From a plasmid, in sequence record CP113993.1: DNA of 64,000 nt; one strand, written 5' to 3'. The notes under the pieces were generated by a model. It was not told the DNA's origin, searched no databases, and saw only the letters and a list, made by a program, of their open reading frames with translations. Positions 9,525 through 20,623 of this stretch are shown piece after piece. The translations under genes and the position numbers were made by a program. Within the stretch, counting starts at the first letter, position 1. Each line of letters starts with the position of its first letter.

Positions 9525-10492
9525 CTATACAGGTGTCGGGGGCTCCCAACCCTTTTCATCCTCCTGAAACAGTGGAGCTCTATCGCAACCAGCATGCACA
9601 TTAATATAGCCGCGATAGTACTTCTCACTACCTTCGCGATGATGATCCACATCTGGCCGGGAAATAATGTAATCACCGTGACCGGTACGTTCTGTCACGT
9701 TATGCCAGGCCACCATTTCAGCAAAGACCTGATTAAACTGACGGTCATTACCTTCGGGTTCAAAGCCCATTCTGGGGTCCCGCTCAAACAATACCGGAGC
9801 AATCAGATCCAGTTTATCTGCCAGTTCGTTACGGTCATGATGATTATGGAATACCACCCTGTCACCATAATCCGTGCAGACAAATTGATCAGTCCGGCGA
9901 TCGCGGAACCGGACACTGCCGTTTTTCTGCAGGCGCGCCTCCAGATCCCCCTGTTTTCATATACCGGCGTTCCGCCAGGTTCACAAAGTATCACGCAGCG
10001 ATCGGCTGTCGTGGTTCGTGACTTGTCCTTACGGCGATCGCGATAATCCCATCCACGGAGTTGCGAAACAGCAGCCCTGTCTCCCTGTACAGCCTGAGCT
10101 TCCACCCACTGGCGATATGACGAAGGATACCATTTCCCTTCAGCAATAAGTTTCTGTCGCTCATCCCTGACCTCTTCTTTAAGCCTGATCAGGGCCTGCA
10201 TACGCTGCACCTCGGCAATGTGATAATGCAGCTTACGTAAAACAGGATCGTCATACTGAACACGAATATGAGACTTACGCAGACGACACGCCTGGTGAAT
10301 TTCCCGGCAGCGTTCACTATAACGCAGCTCAGGTTTACGCCAATGCTCCCGCCATGCAAGATAGCGGGCACGAAGGTCTGCCCGTGCTTCTGCTCTCGCC
10401 TCGCGACGCTGACGACGCAGAACAGGATCACGCCTGCAGCTCCTCATCCTCCAAATCATCCCGGACGGAGACATAGGATACCAGGTCTTCAA
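9525..10492 (-). pseudogene. frameshifted Arg/Glu-rich ORF pair of unknown function, possibly a mobilization/relaxase remnant
   Basis: Two overlapping minus-strand ORFs in different frames (9803-10492 and 9525-9857), plus a further fragment to about 10700, directly downstream of a MobC-like RHH gene. No catalytic motif could be confirmed. Confidence 0.3.
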
Positions 10493-10706
10493 ACGAAGAC
10501 TTGCCGTCCCTTCTCTTTTTCGGAATGCTGCCGTTCACAATAAAACCTTAGTTTTCCATTAACTGTTTACGTACTGTATTAGACAGTTCGGTGATGGCAA
10601 CAAGCACACTGGCATACTCTTTGTCACCCGTTATTTTCCCTTCAACAAACAGATGCTTTTGCATCCATCCCAGCCTCATGAGTTCCTTCAGGAACTTATC
10701 ATCAAT

Positions 10707-11027
10707 TCAGGAATGTACGCGTTTGTTCAATGCCGCACTTCGTATGTAGGCAGAAACAGTAAGCCTGGCATCTTCAGCTTTTTTTCTTATGATCTCATCT
10801 TCATCGGGAGAAAACCGGACCGCTCTGAGGAGGGTCTTCTGCCGTTTTTCACTACCACTTCTTTCTCGCTTATCACTCACGGTGTGCTCCTTACCGGGGT
10901 GTCGGGGCGAAGCCCTGACCAAGTGGTAAATGTATGGCCGCGCGTGCGCGGTTATACATTTACACATCCTGCCCCCGGAAAGTCCGGCTGCGGGGAACAG
11001 GCCGCAGAAGTGGCTGCGGGAGGACAA
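10707..11027 (-). CDS. MobC/NikA-like ribbon-helix-helix relaxosome accessory protein (start uncertain)
   Basis: The C-terminal ...RFSPDEDEIIRKKAEDARLTVSAYIRSAALNKR is the typical RHH motif of MobC-family proteins. Confidence 0.45.
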   Translation of the reverse strand: MSSRSHFCGLFPAAGLSGGRMCKCITAHARPYIYHLVRASPRHPGKEHTVSDKRERSGSEKRQKTLLRAVRFSPDEDEIIRKKAEDARLTVSAYIRSAALNKRVHS

Positions 11028-11106
11028 ACAGCAGCACCATCCGGCGCTGTGACCTTACACCCCTTGACATCCTCCACACCCTGAATGACGTGGATCCCTG
11101 CTACGT

Positions 11107-12315
11107 TCAGGCTGTCGCCTGAATCATTTCGGTGGGTTCCTGCTTCAACGGGCGGCCTGACTGCACCCTCCCTCCACAGGCAAGAACGGCGTGCCCCGCC
11201 GCTAAAATGTTACGAGCACCATTTACATCGGCGTTCGCTGTATATCCACATGCCTGACACTCGAATTTGCTTTGTGACGGGCGATTTTCTTTCGCTGTAT
11301 GACCACAGCACACACAACGCTGGCTTGTGTACGCTGGCGGTACTGCCAGTACCTGACCGCCACGCCAGATCTGCTTGTACTCAAGCTGGCGGCGCATTTC
11401 ATACCAGCCCAGATCCAGTATCGAACGGTTTAAACCTGATTTTGCCCGGACATTGCGCCCCGGCTGGCTGACCGTACCCGCTGCTGACCTGGACATGTTG
11501 CTGACCTTCAAATCCTCAATGACTATCATTGCGTGGTTTTTGCTGATTGTCGTTGTGACTTTGTGTAGGTAGTCCCTGCGGATATTTGCGATACGGGAAT
11601 GCAGGCGCTGTATTTTGCGTTTCTGCTTCTGCCAGTTGTTGCTGAATTTAACTTTGTGACTTAACTGGCGCTGAAGTCTTGCCAGCTTTTTCTGTTTTTT
11701 CTGAAAACTGTTTACAGGCTCAAAGACTGTGCCATCTGACAGCGTGGCAAGTTTAGCCACGCCAGCATCCAGTCCGACCATTGATACTGAAGGGTGAACA
11801 GGATCAGATACTTCACTTTCAGTCTGAATGCTGATGTACCACTTACCGTAGGACTGGCTGACTGTGACATTTTTTACAACATCCGTGACCTGACGACTGT
11901 TTCGGTAGCGCATCCAGCCAGGTTTCGGCAGAAAAATACGGCTGTTTTCCTGATCGAGCTTAACGCCCTGCGGGTAGCGGAATGCATCATTCTGTCCCCG
12001 CTTTTTGAATCGGGGAAAAGCCGCACGCTTCTGGAAGAAATTTTTGTAGGCTCGCTCAAGGTCTTTCAGTGACTGTTGCAATGGCTGTGATGGGGCATCT
12101 TTAAGCCATTGGGTTTCAGTGGCATTTTTCCACTCAACCAACCACGAGGTCATTTTCGTGTAGGAAATATATTTATTTCCGGCCTCATGATTCTCATTCT
12201 GAAGTGCCAGGGCACGATTGAAAACGAAACGACACGCACCCGCGAAGCACCTCATTTCACGCTCCTGTTGACCATTTGGTCTTAACTGGAATTTAAATGC
12301 CTGTAGTCGTTTCAT
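11107..12315 (-). CDS. tnpB: TnpB (IS200/IS605 OrfB family) RNA-guided endonuclease-type transposon protein
   Basis: 402 aa with RuvC-like motifs and a C-terminal zinc finger ([37 protein letters not shown]). No adjacent Y1 tnpA was found. Confidence 0.85.
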   Translation of the reverse strand: MKRLQAFKFQLRPNGQQEREMRCFAGACRFVFNRALALQNENHEAGNKYISYTKMTSWLVEWKNATETQWLKDAPSQPLQQSLKDLERAYKNFFQKRAAFPRFKKRGQNDAFRYPQGVKLDQENSRIFLPKPGWMRYRNSRQVTDVVKNVTVSQSYGKWYISIQTESEVSDPVHPSVSMVGLDAGVAKLATLSDGTVFEPVNSFQKKQKKLARLQRQLSHKVKFSNNWQKQKRKIQRLHSRIANIRRDYLHKVTTTISKNHAMIVIEDLKVSNMSRSAAGTVSQPGRNVRAKSGLNRSILDLGWYEMRRQLEYKQIWRGGQVLAVPPAYTSQRCVCCGHTAKENRPSQSKFECQACGYTANADVNGARNILAAGHAVLACGGRVQSGRPLKQEPTEMIQATA

Positions 12316-12480
12316 CCCGCTATTTTAAACAAAAAAAGTTAGGCGGAAAACCGCGCCTTATATCCCCGACCTGAAGGACGGGGCTTTACGGCGCACCGGG
12401 GTAAGGGTGCGGGGAGCGCCGTCACCGGCGCGACAGGGGCGGATGAACAGCACTACGGTGCCAGATAGTTTTCCTGAATC
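12316..12480 (-). mobile_element. probable IS605-family left end with subterminal GC-rich hairpins
   Basis: Immediately 5' of tnpB lie imperfect palindromes (ggcggaaaaccgcgcc, gggcggat/ggtgcgggg and others) of the kind bound by TnpA at IS200/IS605 ends. Confidence 0.4.
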
Positions 12481-12670
12481 GGAAACACCTGATTGTGTTC
12501 GAACGGATGTCTGACGACACCAGATAAACCCGGGGTTAAGGGGACAAAAGAAAATAAACCAGTGATAAAAAGTGAAGTTTTTACACTTTTTAAAAGCAAT
12601 AAATACGCTTTATCGCAGGGAGAATATGATAAAATAAAGTGTAATTATTTCACTTTTTCAAAGGTGTTTT

Positions 12671-12922
12671 ATGACAGGTTGGGAGCTGCGCATCTGGAGA
12701 AAGGGGATGTGCTGGTCACGCGAAAAAGCTGCGCGGGAGTTCGGCGTAACTTTGCGGACATGGCACGCGTGGGAAAATGCGGAACAGGTGGATGTCACAG
12801 TCTGGCGAACCACCCAGGCACTTTCTGTCCTCGACCTGTTACCGCTCATGCATCGGATGCGCAAAACTGACATCATCACTCGTCTGGAAAATGAATTGGG
12901 GAAAACGGCAGTGGGAGTATGA
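12671..12922 (+). CDS. small HTH (XRE-like) DNA-binding protein
   Basis: ...WSREKAAREFGVTLRTWHAWE... is a helix-turn-helix pattern. Confidence 0.35.
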   Translation: MTGWELRIWRKGMCWSREKAAREFGVTLRTWHAWENAEQVDVTVWRTTQALSVLDLLPLMHRMRKTDIITRLENELGKTAVGV

Positions 12923-12963
12923 ACCTTAAGAAAACAAAGCCCGGCAAAAGTGGGCGGTACACT

Positions 12964-13191
12964 TCAGTCAGCAAATAATTTTTTCAGTTCAGCACCGGAA
13001 AGCCCGGTTGCCTGTTCAATCTGCTCTGGTGTCATTCCCATATTCCGGAGCTGTCGTGCAATAGCCTGTGCTTTTTCAGCAGCGCCCTCCTGACGACCTT
13101 CCTGACGACCTTCCTGACGACCTTCCTGGAGACCTTCCTTGCGTCCTTTCTGCTCAAGACGTTCAGCAATAGTCATCAATTCCCCCTGCAT
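12964..13191 (-). pseudogene. tandemly duplicated C-terminal fragment of the adjacent rpn gene
   Basis: 12961-13232 is about 90% identical to 13233-13505. It encodes the same ...ERLEQKGR(K/E)EG(L/R)QEGRQEGRQEG...IARQLRNMGMTPEQI...ELKK tail. Confidence 0.6.
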
Positions 13192-13234
13192 GATTTTACA
13201 AAAATCCCGGCATTTGCCGGGATTTTCAGTTCAG

Positions 13235-14248
13235 TTAGTGAATAACCTTTTTCAGTTCAGCATCGGAAAGCCCGGTCGCCTGTTTAATCTGCTCCGGCGT
13301 CATTCCCATATTCCGGAGCTGTCGTGCAATAGCCTGTGCTTTTTCAGCAGCGCCCTCCTGACGACCTTCCTGACGACCTTCCTGGCGCCCTTCCTGGAGA
13401 CCTTCCTTGCGTCCTTCCTCGCGACCTTTCTGCTCAAGACGTTCAGCAATAGTCATAAGTTTATCCTCATGTTGCGGCAGACGCGCAGCCAGCGCCCGCA
13501 TAAATTCCGGGGAAGGTGAATCTCCCGCATTCACCATGTAATGAATCAGTACGCGTACCTGCTCATCAGATACCATCTCCACCATTAACAGAGGGAGCTT
13601 ATCCAGTAGCTCCATCAGGTCACGCTGGCGGATATGCTTCATCAGCAGTGTCAGCGCGGCCATGCGGCGATGGCACATGATGTCATCGTCATCAATGACG
13701 GTGACATCAACCAGCGGAAACGGGTTTGTATATATTTTACCCGCAACTTCCGGATTACTGAAGCAGTCCAGCCAGTTTGTTGAATGTGGGTAGGGGCTGC
13801 GCTCTCCGTGATAGAACTGCAGCGGTATGACCAGCGGCAGCCTGCTATGCCCGGCTTCCAGGTGCCTTTGCATCGCTGCAATGGCATAACGCATCTGGCG
13901 AAACGCCATCATTTTATCATCGCTGGACTGATGTTCGATTAAAACATGGATGTATCCGTCATCGCCGTCAGTGGTTTTCATGCTCCACAGGATATCGCTG
14001 GCATACTGGCGCAGGTCTTCCTCAACGAACGTACCGGATTCCAGCTTCAGCGTGTCCAGGTTACAGACAGCCCGTAGTTCAGCCGGAAGGTGCAGTTCCA
14101 GAAAATCTCTGGCAACGTCGGGATTCGCCAGGAACGACCGGAACGCAGCATCATGCGGCGTGGGCGTTGTGGTGTTTTTCTTTTTACTCACTGTGCCTCC
14201 TGGTGAGATATCAGTACCAATCTTGCCGCCTGCTTTCGTGGACGGCAA
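13235..14248 (-). CDS. Rpn-family (YhgA-like, PDDEXK) recombination-promoting nuclease
   Basis: ...[30 protein letters not shown]...IHVLIEHQS... is diagnostic for the Rpn/YhgA 'transposase_31' family. The C-terminus carries a (QEGR)n repeat. Confidence 0.8.
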   Translation of the reverse strand: MPSTKAGGKIGTDISPGGTVSKKKNTTTPTPHDAAFRSFLANPDVARDFLELHLPAELRAVCNLDTLKLESGTFVEEDLRQYASDILWSMKTTDGDDGYIHVLIEHQSSDDKMMAFRQMRYAIAAMQRHLEAGHSRLPLVIPLQFYHGERSPYPHSTNWLDCFSNPEVAGKIYTNPFPLVDVTVIDDDDIMCHRRMAALTLLMKHIRQRDLMELLDKLPLLMVEMVSDEQVRVLIHYMVNAGDSPSPEFMRALAARLPQHEDKLMTIAERLEQKGREEGRKEGLQEGRQEGRQEGRQEGAAEKAQAIARQLRNMGMTPEQIKQATGLSDAELKKVIH

Positions 14249-14490
14249 GGGTTAATCAGTTTCAGGCACGTTTTATTTCAAGTGCGCGGAGTAAATGCCC
14301 CCACTCGCCTGAACGCATGGCGGGAACATGTACCCGCTGCTGTTTGCTGCAGCGTCTGACAAGATGACAACCCGGCGCCAGGATTTCGGGGTCAATTTCA
14401 TCCGGTGTCATCTGCCGCCGTGTGACGCGGGTCTGACGACGTACTTTTTTATCCTTCTGCAGACACTCTTCGCGTTGCTGCTTTACATAA

Positions 14491-15560
14491 TCAGCCATTG
14501 CCATGATAAATAACCTTACGCATTGGGTCATCCGTCGGGAATACCTTACGTTTCTTGATGGCTGCCCGGATAACGCCGTTCAGCACTCTTATCGCGTTCG
14601 TGGTATAGATGGCCTTACGGATATCCGGCGGAAAGCCGAAGAGCGTATTGCGGTTTTCCCGGTGTACGCGCCAGCTTTTGCTGAGCTGCAGATATTTGTC
14701 ATCCCAGGCACCCGCGAACACATCCAGCGCCATCAGCGTGGGGCCTGATACACCGCTTTCAGCCCACTGGTGACGGCTTTGTAGTCCTTCCGGGACACAT
14801 ATTTCTGACTGTCACGCACTCTATGGATGGTGCACAGCCGGATATGGATCTTCGGGTAAACGCTGTTTATCGCCACCGGGAAGCCCTTCAGACCGTCCAC
14901 GCCGGCAATCAGGATATCCTCAGACCACGATTTTTAAGCTCTGTCAGCACACTAAGCCAGAACTTTGCGCCTTCATTTTCGGCCAGCCACATGCCGGGGA
15001 ATTCCTTCTGGCCTCCGGTTGATACCCGGCGCGAGGACGACGGCTTTGTTTATTACGCTGCCATTCTGGCGGACTTTTACGACAATGCAGTCCATATAAA
15101 CAATGGGATACAGCGCATCCAGTTGCCGGTTTTGCCACTCCGTAACCTGCTCTTTGACGGCGTCGGTGACTTTAGATATCAGCGTGGGCGACACATCCGC
15201 GTCGTACATCTCTTTGAAGGTGGCGACGATTTCGCGGGTGGTCATGCCTTTGGCGTAGAGGGAGAAAATCTGGCTGTCCATCTGCGTAATACGCGTCTGG
15301 TCCTTCTTAAATCAGCTGCGGTTCAACGGTATTCTCACGGTCACGCGGTGTGTTCAGCTCTGTCTTGCCGTCATCGTAAAGCAGCATTTTTGACGAATAG
15401 CCATTGTGGGTATCAGAGCTTTTCTGGGGGCGTTTTTCTCGTGCCCGGGATGGTCGGTCAGCTCAGCATTTATCCCGGAGTATTTCATATCCTCTGCAGT
15501 ATTTTGTACTTAGTAGTAAGGCTCCCCGTCAGCTTTATCAATCAGACCATCAGCGGAAAC
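14491..15560 (-). pseudogene. IS256-family (mutator-type) transposase with multiple frameshifts
   Basis: Fragments read ...IRKAIYTTNAIRVLNG... and ...[69 protein letters not shown]..., spread over at least three frames. Confidence 0.7.
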
Positions 15561-15878
15561 CATTGTCACTGTTCATGGGGTCTTCGGAGCGTTATTTTGG
15601 TTGAAGACGGTAAACAACAAAGCGACTGATAGTCTTTTATATTCTTTATCAATCAGGTCAACTTTAAGTTTAGACTCCATCTCTGGTTTCTCGTCTCTCG
15701 GTACCAGTGAGCTGCGAAACCGTGGAGTTGTAGGCGTCCTGATAGCTTGAGTGAATGGGCTGACTGGCTTCCCAGTGGCAATAAACAGCATTTATCCGCA
15801 GACAGAGGTACAATTATCAAATCGTGTCGCAACACCATAAAACGTTCATGGCTGACCTGAAAACCGGTTTACCGTGCA

Positions 15879-16079
15879 GTGGCGAAAAAGGCGGCAGAAA
15901 CGGTACTGGCTGAGCTGGAGGCGAAATGGGGCCAGCAGTATGCGATCGTGTTTCTGCCGTGGCGGCGTAAGTGGAAAAATCTGTCAGTGTACTTCCGCTA
16001 CCCGGCGAATATCCGCAAGGTGATTTACACAATCAACGCGATAAAATCGGTACATCGACTGGTAAAGGCTGAAACGTAG
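15879..16079 (+). pseudogene. IS256-family transposase C-terminal fragment
   Basis: ...LAELEAKWGQQYAIVF..WRRKW.NLSVYFRYPANIRKVIYTINAIKSVHR... Confidence 0.6.
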
Positions 16080-16131
16080 TTCAGCGCAGGGCGTAACGAC
16101 TTCCTGCTCCTTAATAATTCAGCGTCGGATA

Positions 16132-16341
16132 TTATTGAACATATTTCCAGACCGAGGCGGGTACCTTGTCATAAAGTTTATTCATCGTTAGTTCCGCCAG
16201 CCTGTGATCAGCAGCAGAATTAAATGCTTCAATATCATCTGCTGTTAATTTATATTGATTATGGGATATTATTTTTTCCAGTGTTTTTAGAGATGAACAG
16301 CGTCGTAGTTGATATAACCATTCCTGTTTTGTCTTTGCCAT
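16132..16341 (-). CDS. hha: Hha/YmoA-family haemolysin-expression-modulating protein (H-NS co-regulator)
   Basis: 69 aa: ...[60 protein letters not shown] is almost collinear with E. coli Hha (...[29 protein letters not shown]). Confidence 0.8.
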   Translation of the reverse strand: [69 protein letters not shown]

Positions 16342-16657
16342 AGCAGTATTCTTACATGTGGATTTAATCGAAGCTATAATAGCTTATGGAACCCTGCCAG
16401 TAAATACAACCGTTTCGGATAAGTGATAACAGAAATAATCTGATAGGGTCCATCTTTTAATAATACCTTTTTAATTGCATGCTTTGAACAAAAGACAGCT
16501 GGTCAGATATACATACCGAAACGGAAATGACGATGGGGTATTCGACGCACCATCATCAGCCACTCACTTAATATGAAAGGGACCAGACTGGAGTCTGTCA
16601 CAGTCAATATTTCTGTCAGAAGGAGAGCGTTCAGAATTCTGTGTCACGTTAAAAATT

Positions 16658-17023
16658 CTACAGTGTCATCACCTTATTCAGTCGCCCTTCAAAATAAATG
16701 GCTAACTGCGACAATGTCAAATTCCAGCTCTGGATTGGCATTGTCCATTTTTCCTGTGCTTTCATCAGTCCCAGATAAAGCAGCTTCAACAGACTGTTTT
16801 CATTTGGGAAAGCTCCTTTGGTTTTGGTCAGTTTCCTGAACTGCTGATGTACCGATTCGACAGCATTTGTGGTGTAAATCACCTTGCGGATATTCGCCGG
16901 GTAGCGGAAGTATGCCGACAGGTTTCCCCACTTGCGACGCCATGACTGGAGGACTATCGGATACTGCTGGCCCCATTTCGCCTCCAGCTCATCCAGCGCC
17001 GTTTCTGCCGCTTCTTTTGACAC
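16658..17023 (-). pseudogene. IS256-family transposase C-terminal fragment (121 aa)
   Basis: A paralogous fragment, about 85% identical at the protein level to the 15879-16079 fragment. Confidence 0.65.
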
Positions 17024-17398
17024 CGCACGATACCGGCTTCAGGTCTGCCATGAACGTTCTGTGGTGTTTTGACGCCACATATTTACCCTGTACCACAAAC
17101 TGCAGGTATGCACAGTCTCATGATCAACAAACCATCCCGTGAACGACACGATCATGCAGACAGTGCACCCCGCAGACAGAATTATACTGAATCTGCCGCC
17201 TCTGTCTTCCTGTACCTGTCTGAACTTGTTCGGCACCATCCATCGTTCCATCCTGCAGACAGGTCTAGCAATCTCACATGAAGTGGGCCTCGTGAGGTAA
17301 TGGAATTATGTGACTGCTCCCCACCGTAAACGGCGAGGCTTCCCACTTCTCAGGCTGCAATCGAAAAGAACCGACCTCACCAGTCTTTTTTTACGTCT

Positions 17399-17881
17399 TT
17401 AAATCTTGTAGAACAATGTATTTGGCGCAATGGGAGACTGAACAAAGCCAAAGTATTCATAGAATGTTTTCGCCTGTTCATCAATAGCATGAACCATGAT
17501 CGCTTTAATACCCACCTGGTCTGCCAGGTTAGATACCCGTGTTACAGCATCATTAAGCAGCCATTTTCCAAAACTATGCCCTTGAGTACACTCATCAACA
17601 GCAAGACGTCCCAGCAAAACAACCGGAACAGGATCGGGCATATTCTGGCGTAAACTGCGACCTAAACTGGCATGACTTACAGACCCCGTCGCAATAGAGT
17701 AATATCCCACTACTCGCTTTGTGCCTTCAGGGCAGATAACAAATGTACGGGAGGCATTGAGGTATTGGTTCTTCATCGCTCTGCGGCGAAGCCAGTCACT
17801 GAGCACATCATTCCCGCAATCAAACTGTTGAAGATAGTGTTCCTCGTTTAGCAACTCCGGTGCAGTAACACTTATTTCCAT
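17399..17881 (-). CDS. GNAT-family acetyltransferase toxin (TacT/AtaT/KacT-like)
   Basis: 160 aa with a GNAT fold (...RLAVDECTQGHSFGKWLL...). It overlaps by a few nt a DUF1778-type RHH partner upstream, the typical TacAT organisation. Confidence 0.7.
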   Translation of the reverse strand: MEISVTAPELLNEEHYLQQFDCGNDVLSDWLRRRAMKNQYLNASRTFVICPEGTKRVVGYYSIATGSVSHASLGRSLRQNMPDPVPVVLLGRLAVDECTQGHSFGKWLLNDAVTRVSNLADQVGIKAIMVHAIDEQAKTFYEYFGFVQSPIAPNTLFYKI

Positions 17882-18156
17882 TCAGGTTTCACATCCATCA
17901 GGCGCTGACGACCTTCAGTATTCTGTACAGGAGCTTCAAGTTGTTTAATAAAAGCCTGATAGCGGGCATCATCCAGAACAAAAACGCGTTGATCCAGAAT
18001 GATATTCTGGGCCTCGCTCACAGCCTTTTCTATGATGAAGTCGGTACGGTTTTTACTGACCAGGCTCGCTGCATAATCAATCACAGCACGTTCCTCATCA
18101 GTAGCCCGTATATTTATTTGTTTATTACGCACAGATTTGCGGATTGTAGTTTGCAT
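17872..18156 (-). CDS. DUF1778/RHH antitoxin (TacA-like)
   Basis: MQTTIRKSVRNKQINIRATDEERAVIDYAASL... has the type-II antitoxin RHH pattern, and its stop overlaps the toxin start. The ORF track's 18189 start is probably too long. Confidence 0.65.
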   Translation of the reverse strand: MQTTIRKSVRNKQINIRATDEERAVIDYAASLVSKNRTDFIIEKAVSEAQNIILDQRVFVLDDARYQAFIKQLEAPVQNTEGRQRLMDVKPEWK

Positions 18157-18443
18157 GGCTCCTCCGGAAGGTAACAAATTGCTATACATAGACTATAGAG
18201 CCATTGGTAACAAATTGCTATACAAAAAATCAGATTTACATCCGTACAAAACTAATTTTTATCGAAAGCGCGGAAGATGACTATTACCACACTATCAAGC
18301 CGTGAACTGAATCAGGATATTACCCGAGCCAAAAACAGGGCATTGAGATACTCAGCCTGTTCGGAAGTGGGGTAAATGCGTATTTTGGTCGCTCTTAACA
18401 TAGTCAGCGCTCATTGCTATAGACTTTTTATGTTAACGCCGGA

Positions 18444-18722
18444 ATGATTTTTTTTAAAGCCCTTCAGGCTTTTCCGCCTTTCCTCCCCGGCCACATTGGG
18501 CGAGGGTTCTCGGCAGGTCTTGCTGAGTTTTCCGGCAGAACGCTACCCGTTGATACTGCTGTAGCCCTACGTTGTGCCAGATTACACGTATCAGATAAAC
18601 GCGGTGAGCGTGACGCTTTTATCGCAGCTACGGCACTTGTACACGGTATGACAGTCGTTACCAGGAACATAGCTGATTTCGAGACAACAGGAGTGGCGAT
18701 TGTTAATCCGTGGATTTACTGA
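18444..18722 (+). pseudogene. PIN-domain (VapC-like) toxin C-terminal fragment
   Basis: ...AFIAATALVHGMTVVTRNIADFE...GVAIVNPW is the conserved VapC C-terminal block. There is no N-terminal half and no antitoxin. Confidence 0.5.
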
Positions 18723-18943
18723 TCTCCTGCCGCTATCATTATTCAGCGCCCTCACTATGTGATCACTATAGGCTTGAACTACATTATCCAGCCGGCGTTC
18801 TTCTACCTGTACTTTTTCACACTGGAAATCTTCCAGATTCACCGTCTCCCCGAATGATCTTCCGACCTCTTTCACCTTAAAAAATTATCCGCCGGACATC
18901 CATGCCCGCCCCCTGGTATTCGATTTTCATAACGGCATCTGCA

Positions 18944-19279
18944 TCAGTGTAACTGCGGGTGTTTTGCCCGCTCAGCGCAACATTCAGGGCACTCACAGGG
19001 TTCCTCCATTTCTTTGCGTACGTTCTCCAGCCAGGCAATAAACTCAGGCGGCACATCCCTCATCCGCAAAATTTCACTGGTGGCAAGCAGGGATGAATCC
19101 GTCAGTCCTGCCGGGCCATCCAGATACAGCGAAAGGAATCGGTTAATATCCCGTTCCGTCCGGCTAACCAGCGCGGCGATAACCAGCGGCACACCATTTT
19201 CCACGCAAACGTCGTGAAGTTGTCTGATTAGCGACTCAATTTTGTCAACGGCTTCCGGCAATGTGTTGATATCCTTCAT
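18944..19279 (-). CDS. hypothetical protein with a Cys-rich C-terminus (CECPECC)
   Basis: 111-aa ORF with an ATG start and no recognisable family. Confidence 0.3.
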   Translation of the reverse strand: MKDINTLPEAVDKIESLIRQLHDVCVENGVPLVIAALVSRTERDINRFLSLYLDGPAGLTDSSLLATSEILRMRDVPPEFIAWLENVRKEMEEPCECPECCAERAKHPQLH

Positions 19280-19304
19280 AACTGTAACTCCTGTAATTCG
19301 ATTT

Positions 19305-19586
19305 TCATGCAGATTTAGCTTCCTGGTAATTCCCCCGATAAAATGCCAGTACGCGCTGCATCACCTCGCTGTTCCTGCACTCCTGGCCAATATTATTTTT
19401 GCGTCGGTCACAGGCACACATTCCGTCACCCAATATTTCCTGACGGGATTTAGCCTGCCTGATCAGTTCTTTCTGTTTTGCCTGTTTTGCCTGTTTTGTC
19501 CGCTTGTTATTCCAGGCAGGGAAAGCCTGATCTGACGTAAAAACACCGAGCCCTGGGGCCAGATACATATCACCACAGCTCAGCAA
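19305..19586 (-). CDS. hypothetical protein containing an in-frame (KQA)3 repeat
   Basis: 93-aa ORF. The 9-bp unit ctgttttgc occurs three times at 19473-19499. Confidence 0.25.
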   Translation of the reverse strand: MLSCGDMYLAPGLGVFTSDQAFPAWNNKRTKQAKQAKQKELIRQAKSRQEILGDGMCACDRRKNNIGQECRNSEVMQRVLAFYRGNYQEAKSA

Positions 19587-20317
19587 GCCTGACAGGCAAC
19601 GACGGTGTGTTCCATTATATTCCTGTCACTCTCTGCAGTTGTCCTGTCGTCATGCGCCCGTTTTTATGTACTCACTCAGTTATACACTGTTGTACTTTCT
19701 TCCGATGCTCCGGTGTGTAAGGCACTGCCATTAAATACTTCATCAAAAAATACCCCACAACCTTTGTATCATCCTGTCGCTGTAAGTTGTTTCCAACAAA
19801 CGCAATATTCATGGCTATGTCCCGAAATGTGTTCAGATAGCGCAGGCTTCGGGTTTGGCTCATCCTGCTCTGTAATGCAATGCACCGGGTACGGTTTCCA
19901 TCAAATCCCCCTGTTAAATTTTTTGATATTGTTTCACGTTTTTCCGCCTGCTTTCCCAGCCCAAAATCACCCAGCGACTGCCGTTTATCCGAAAGCGATC
20001 AGTTCCCCCCTCAACGGCCAGTTTTTTCAGTCTGTCGGAATTCAGGTTGGTCAGTATCCACAGCCTTCATCGACGCGGTTTGCCTGTCAACAATCTGGTT
20101 CAGGAAGATGAACTCGTTTTTCGTATCGCGCTGCATACCAACCTCGTCGAGCCCCAGCAGGTCAACATCGCAAAGTCCGGCAGGAATGTTCCCTCGAATT
20201 TGCCCACGTCATGGCAGGCACGCTACCGCACGCCTCCGTACAGCCGTATGGTTACCCTGCGTACACCGGAGGTTTTTGTGGGTTATACGGGTTTTAACGG
20301 GGCGGAGAAGGGGCGGG

Positions 20318-20623
20318 TTAACGTTTCCGGGACTGAGAGGCGATTTTCCGGGCGGTGTGGAGTACCCGCAGGATACGTACATGCTCTTTTTCGGCTACAT
20401 AGACGATGATGAACGGGAAGTGAGGCACCACAAGCTTACGCTGATTCTCCAGCCTCCCGGCCTTTACCCCAGCCAGCGGGTTTTCCTCCAGGATACCCGT
20501 CATGCCCGCCAGACGGTCGTCTGCGGCTATGGCAACCTCATCCCCGGCTTCCCGGTTCAGGTACAGGAAGATGTCTTCCCTGTCCCTCTGTGCGCGCTTT
20601 TCCCATTCAACCCTGACCGTCAC
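20318..20623 (-). CDS. RelE/ParE-family type II toxin
   Basis: 101 aa (...VKAGRLENQRKLVVPHFPFIIVYVAEKEHVRILRVLHTAR...), with a 4-nt overlap with the upstream antitoxin-like ORF. Confidence 0.7.
   Translation of the reverse strand: MTVRVEWEKRAQRDREDIFLYLNREAGDEVAIAADDRLAGMTGILEENPLAGVKAGRLENQRKLVVPHFPFIIVYVAEKEHVRILRVLHTARKIASQSRKR

Noticed and set aside
13084-13145. Short tandem repeats cctgacgac/cttcctgacga that might suggest a CRISPR or minisatellite
   Set aside because: The units are 12 bp, in frame, and encode the (QEGR)n tail of the Rpn protein. There are no spacers and no cas genes, so this is not a CRISPR array.
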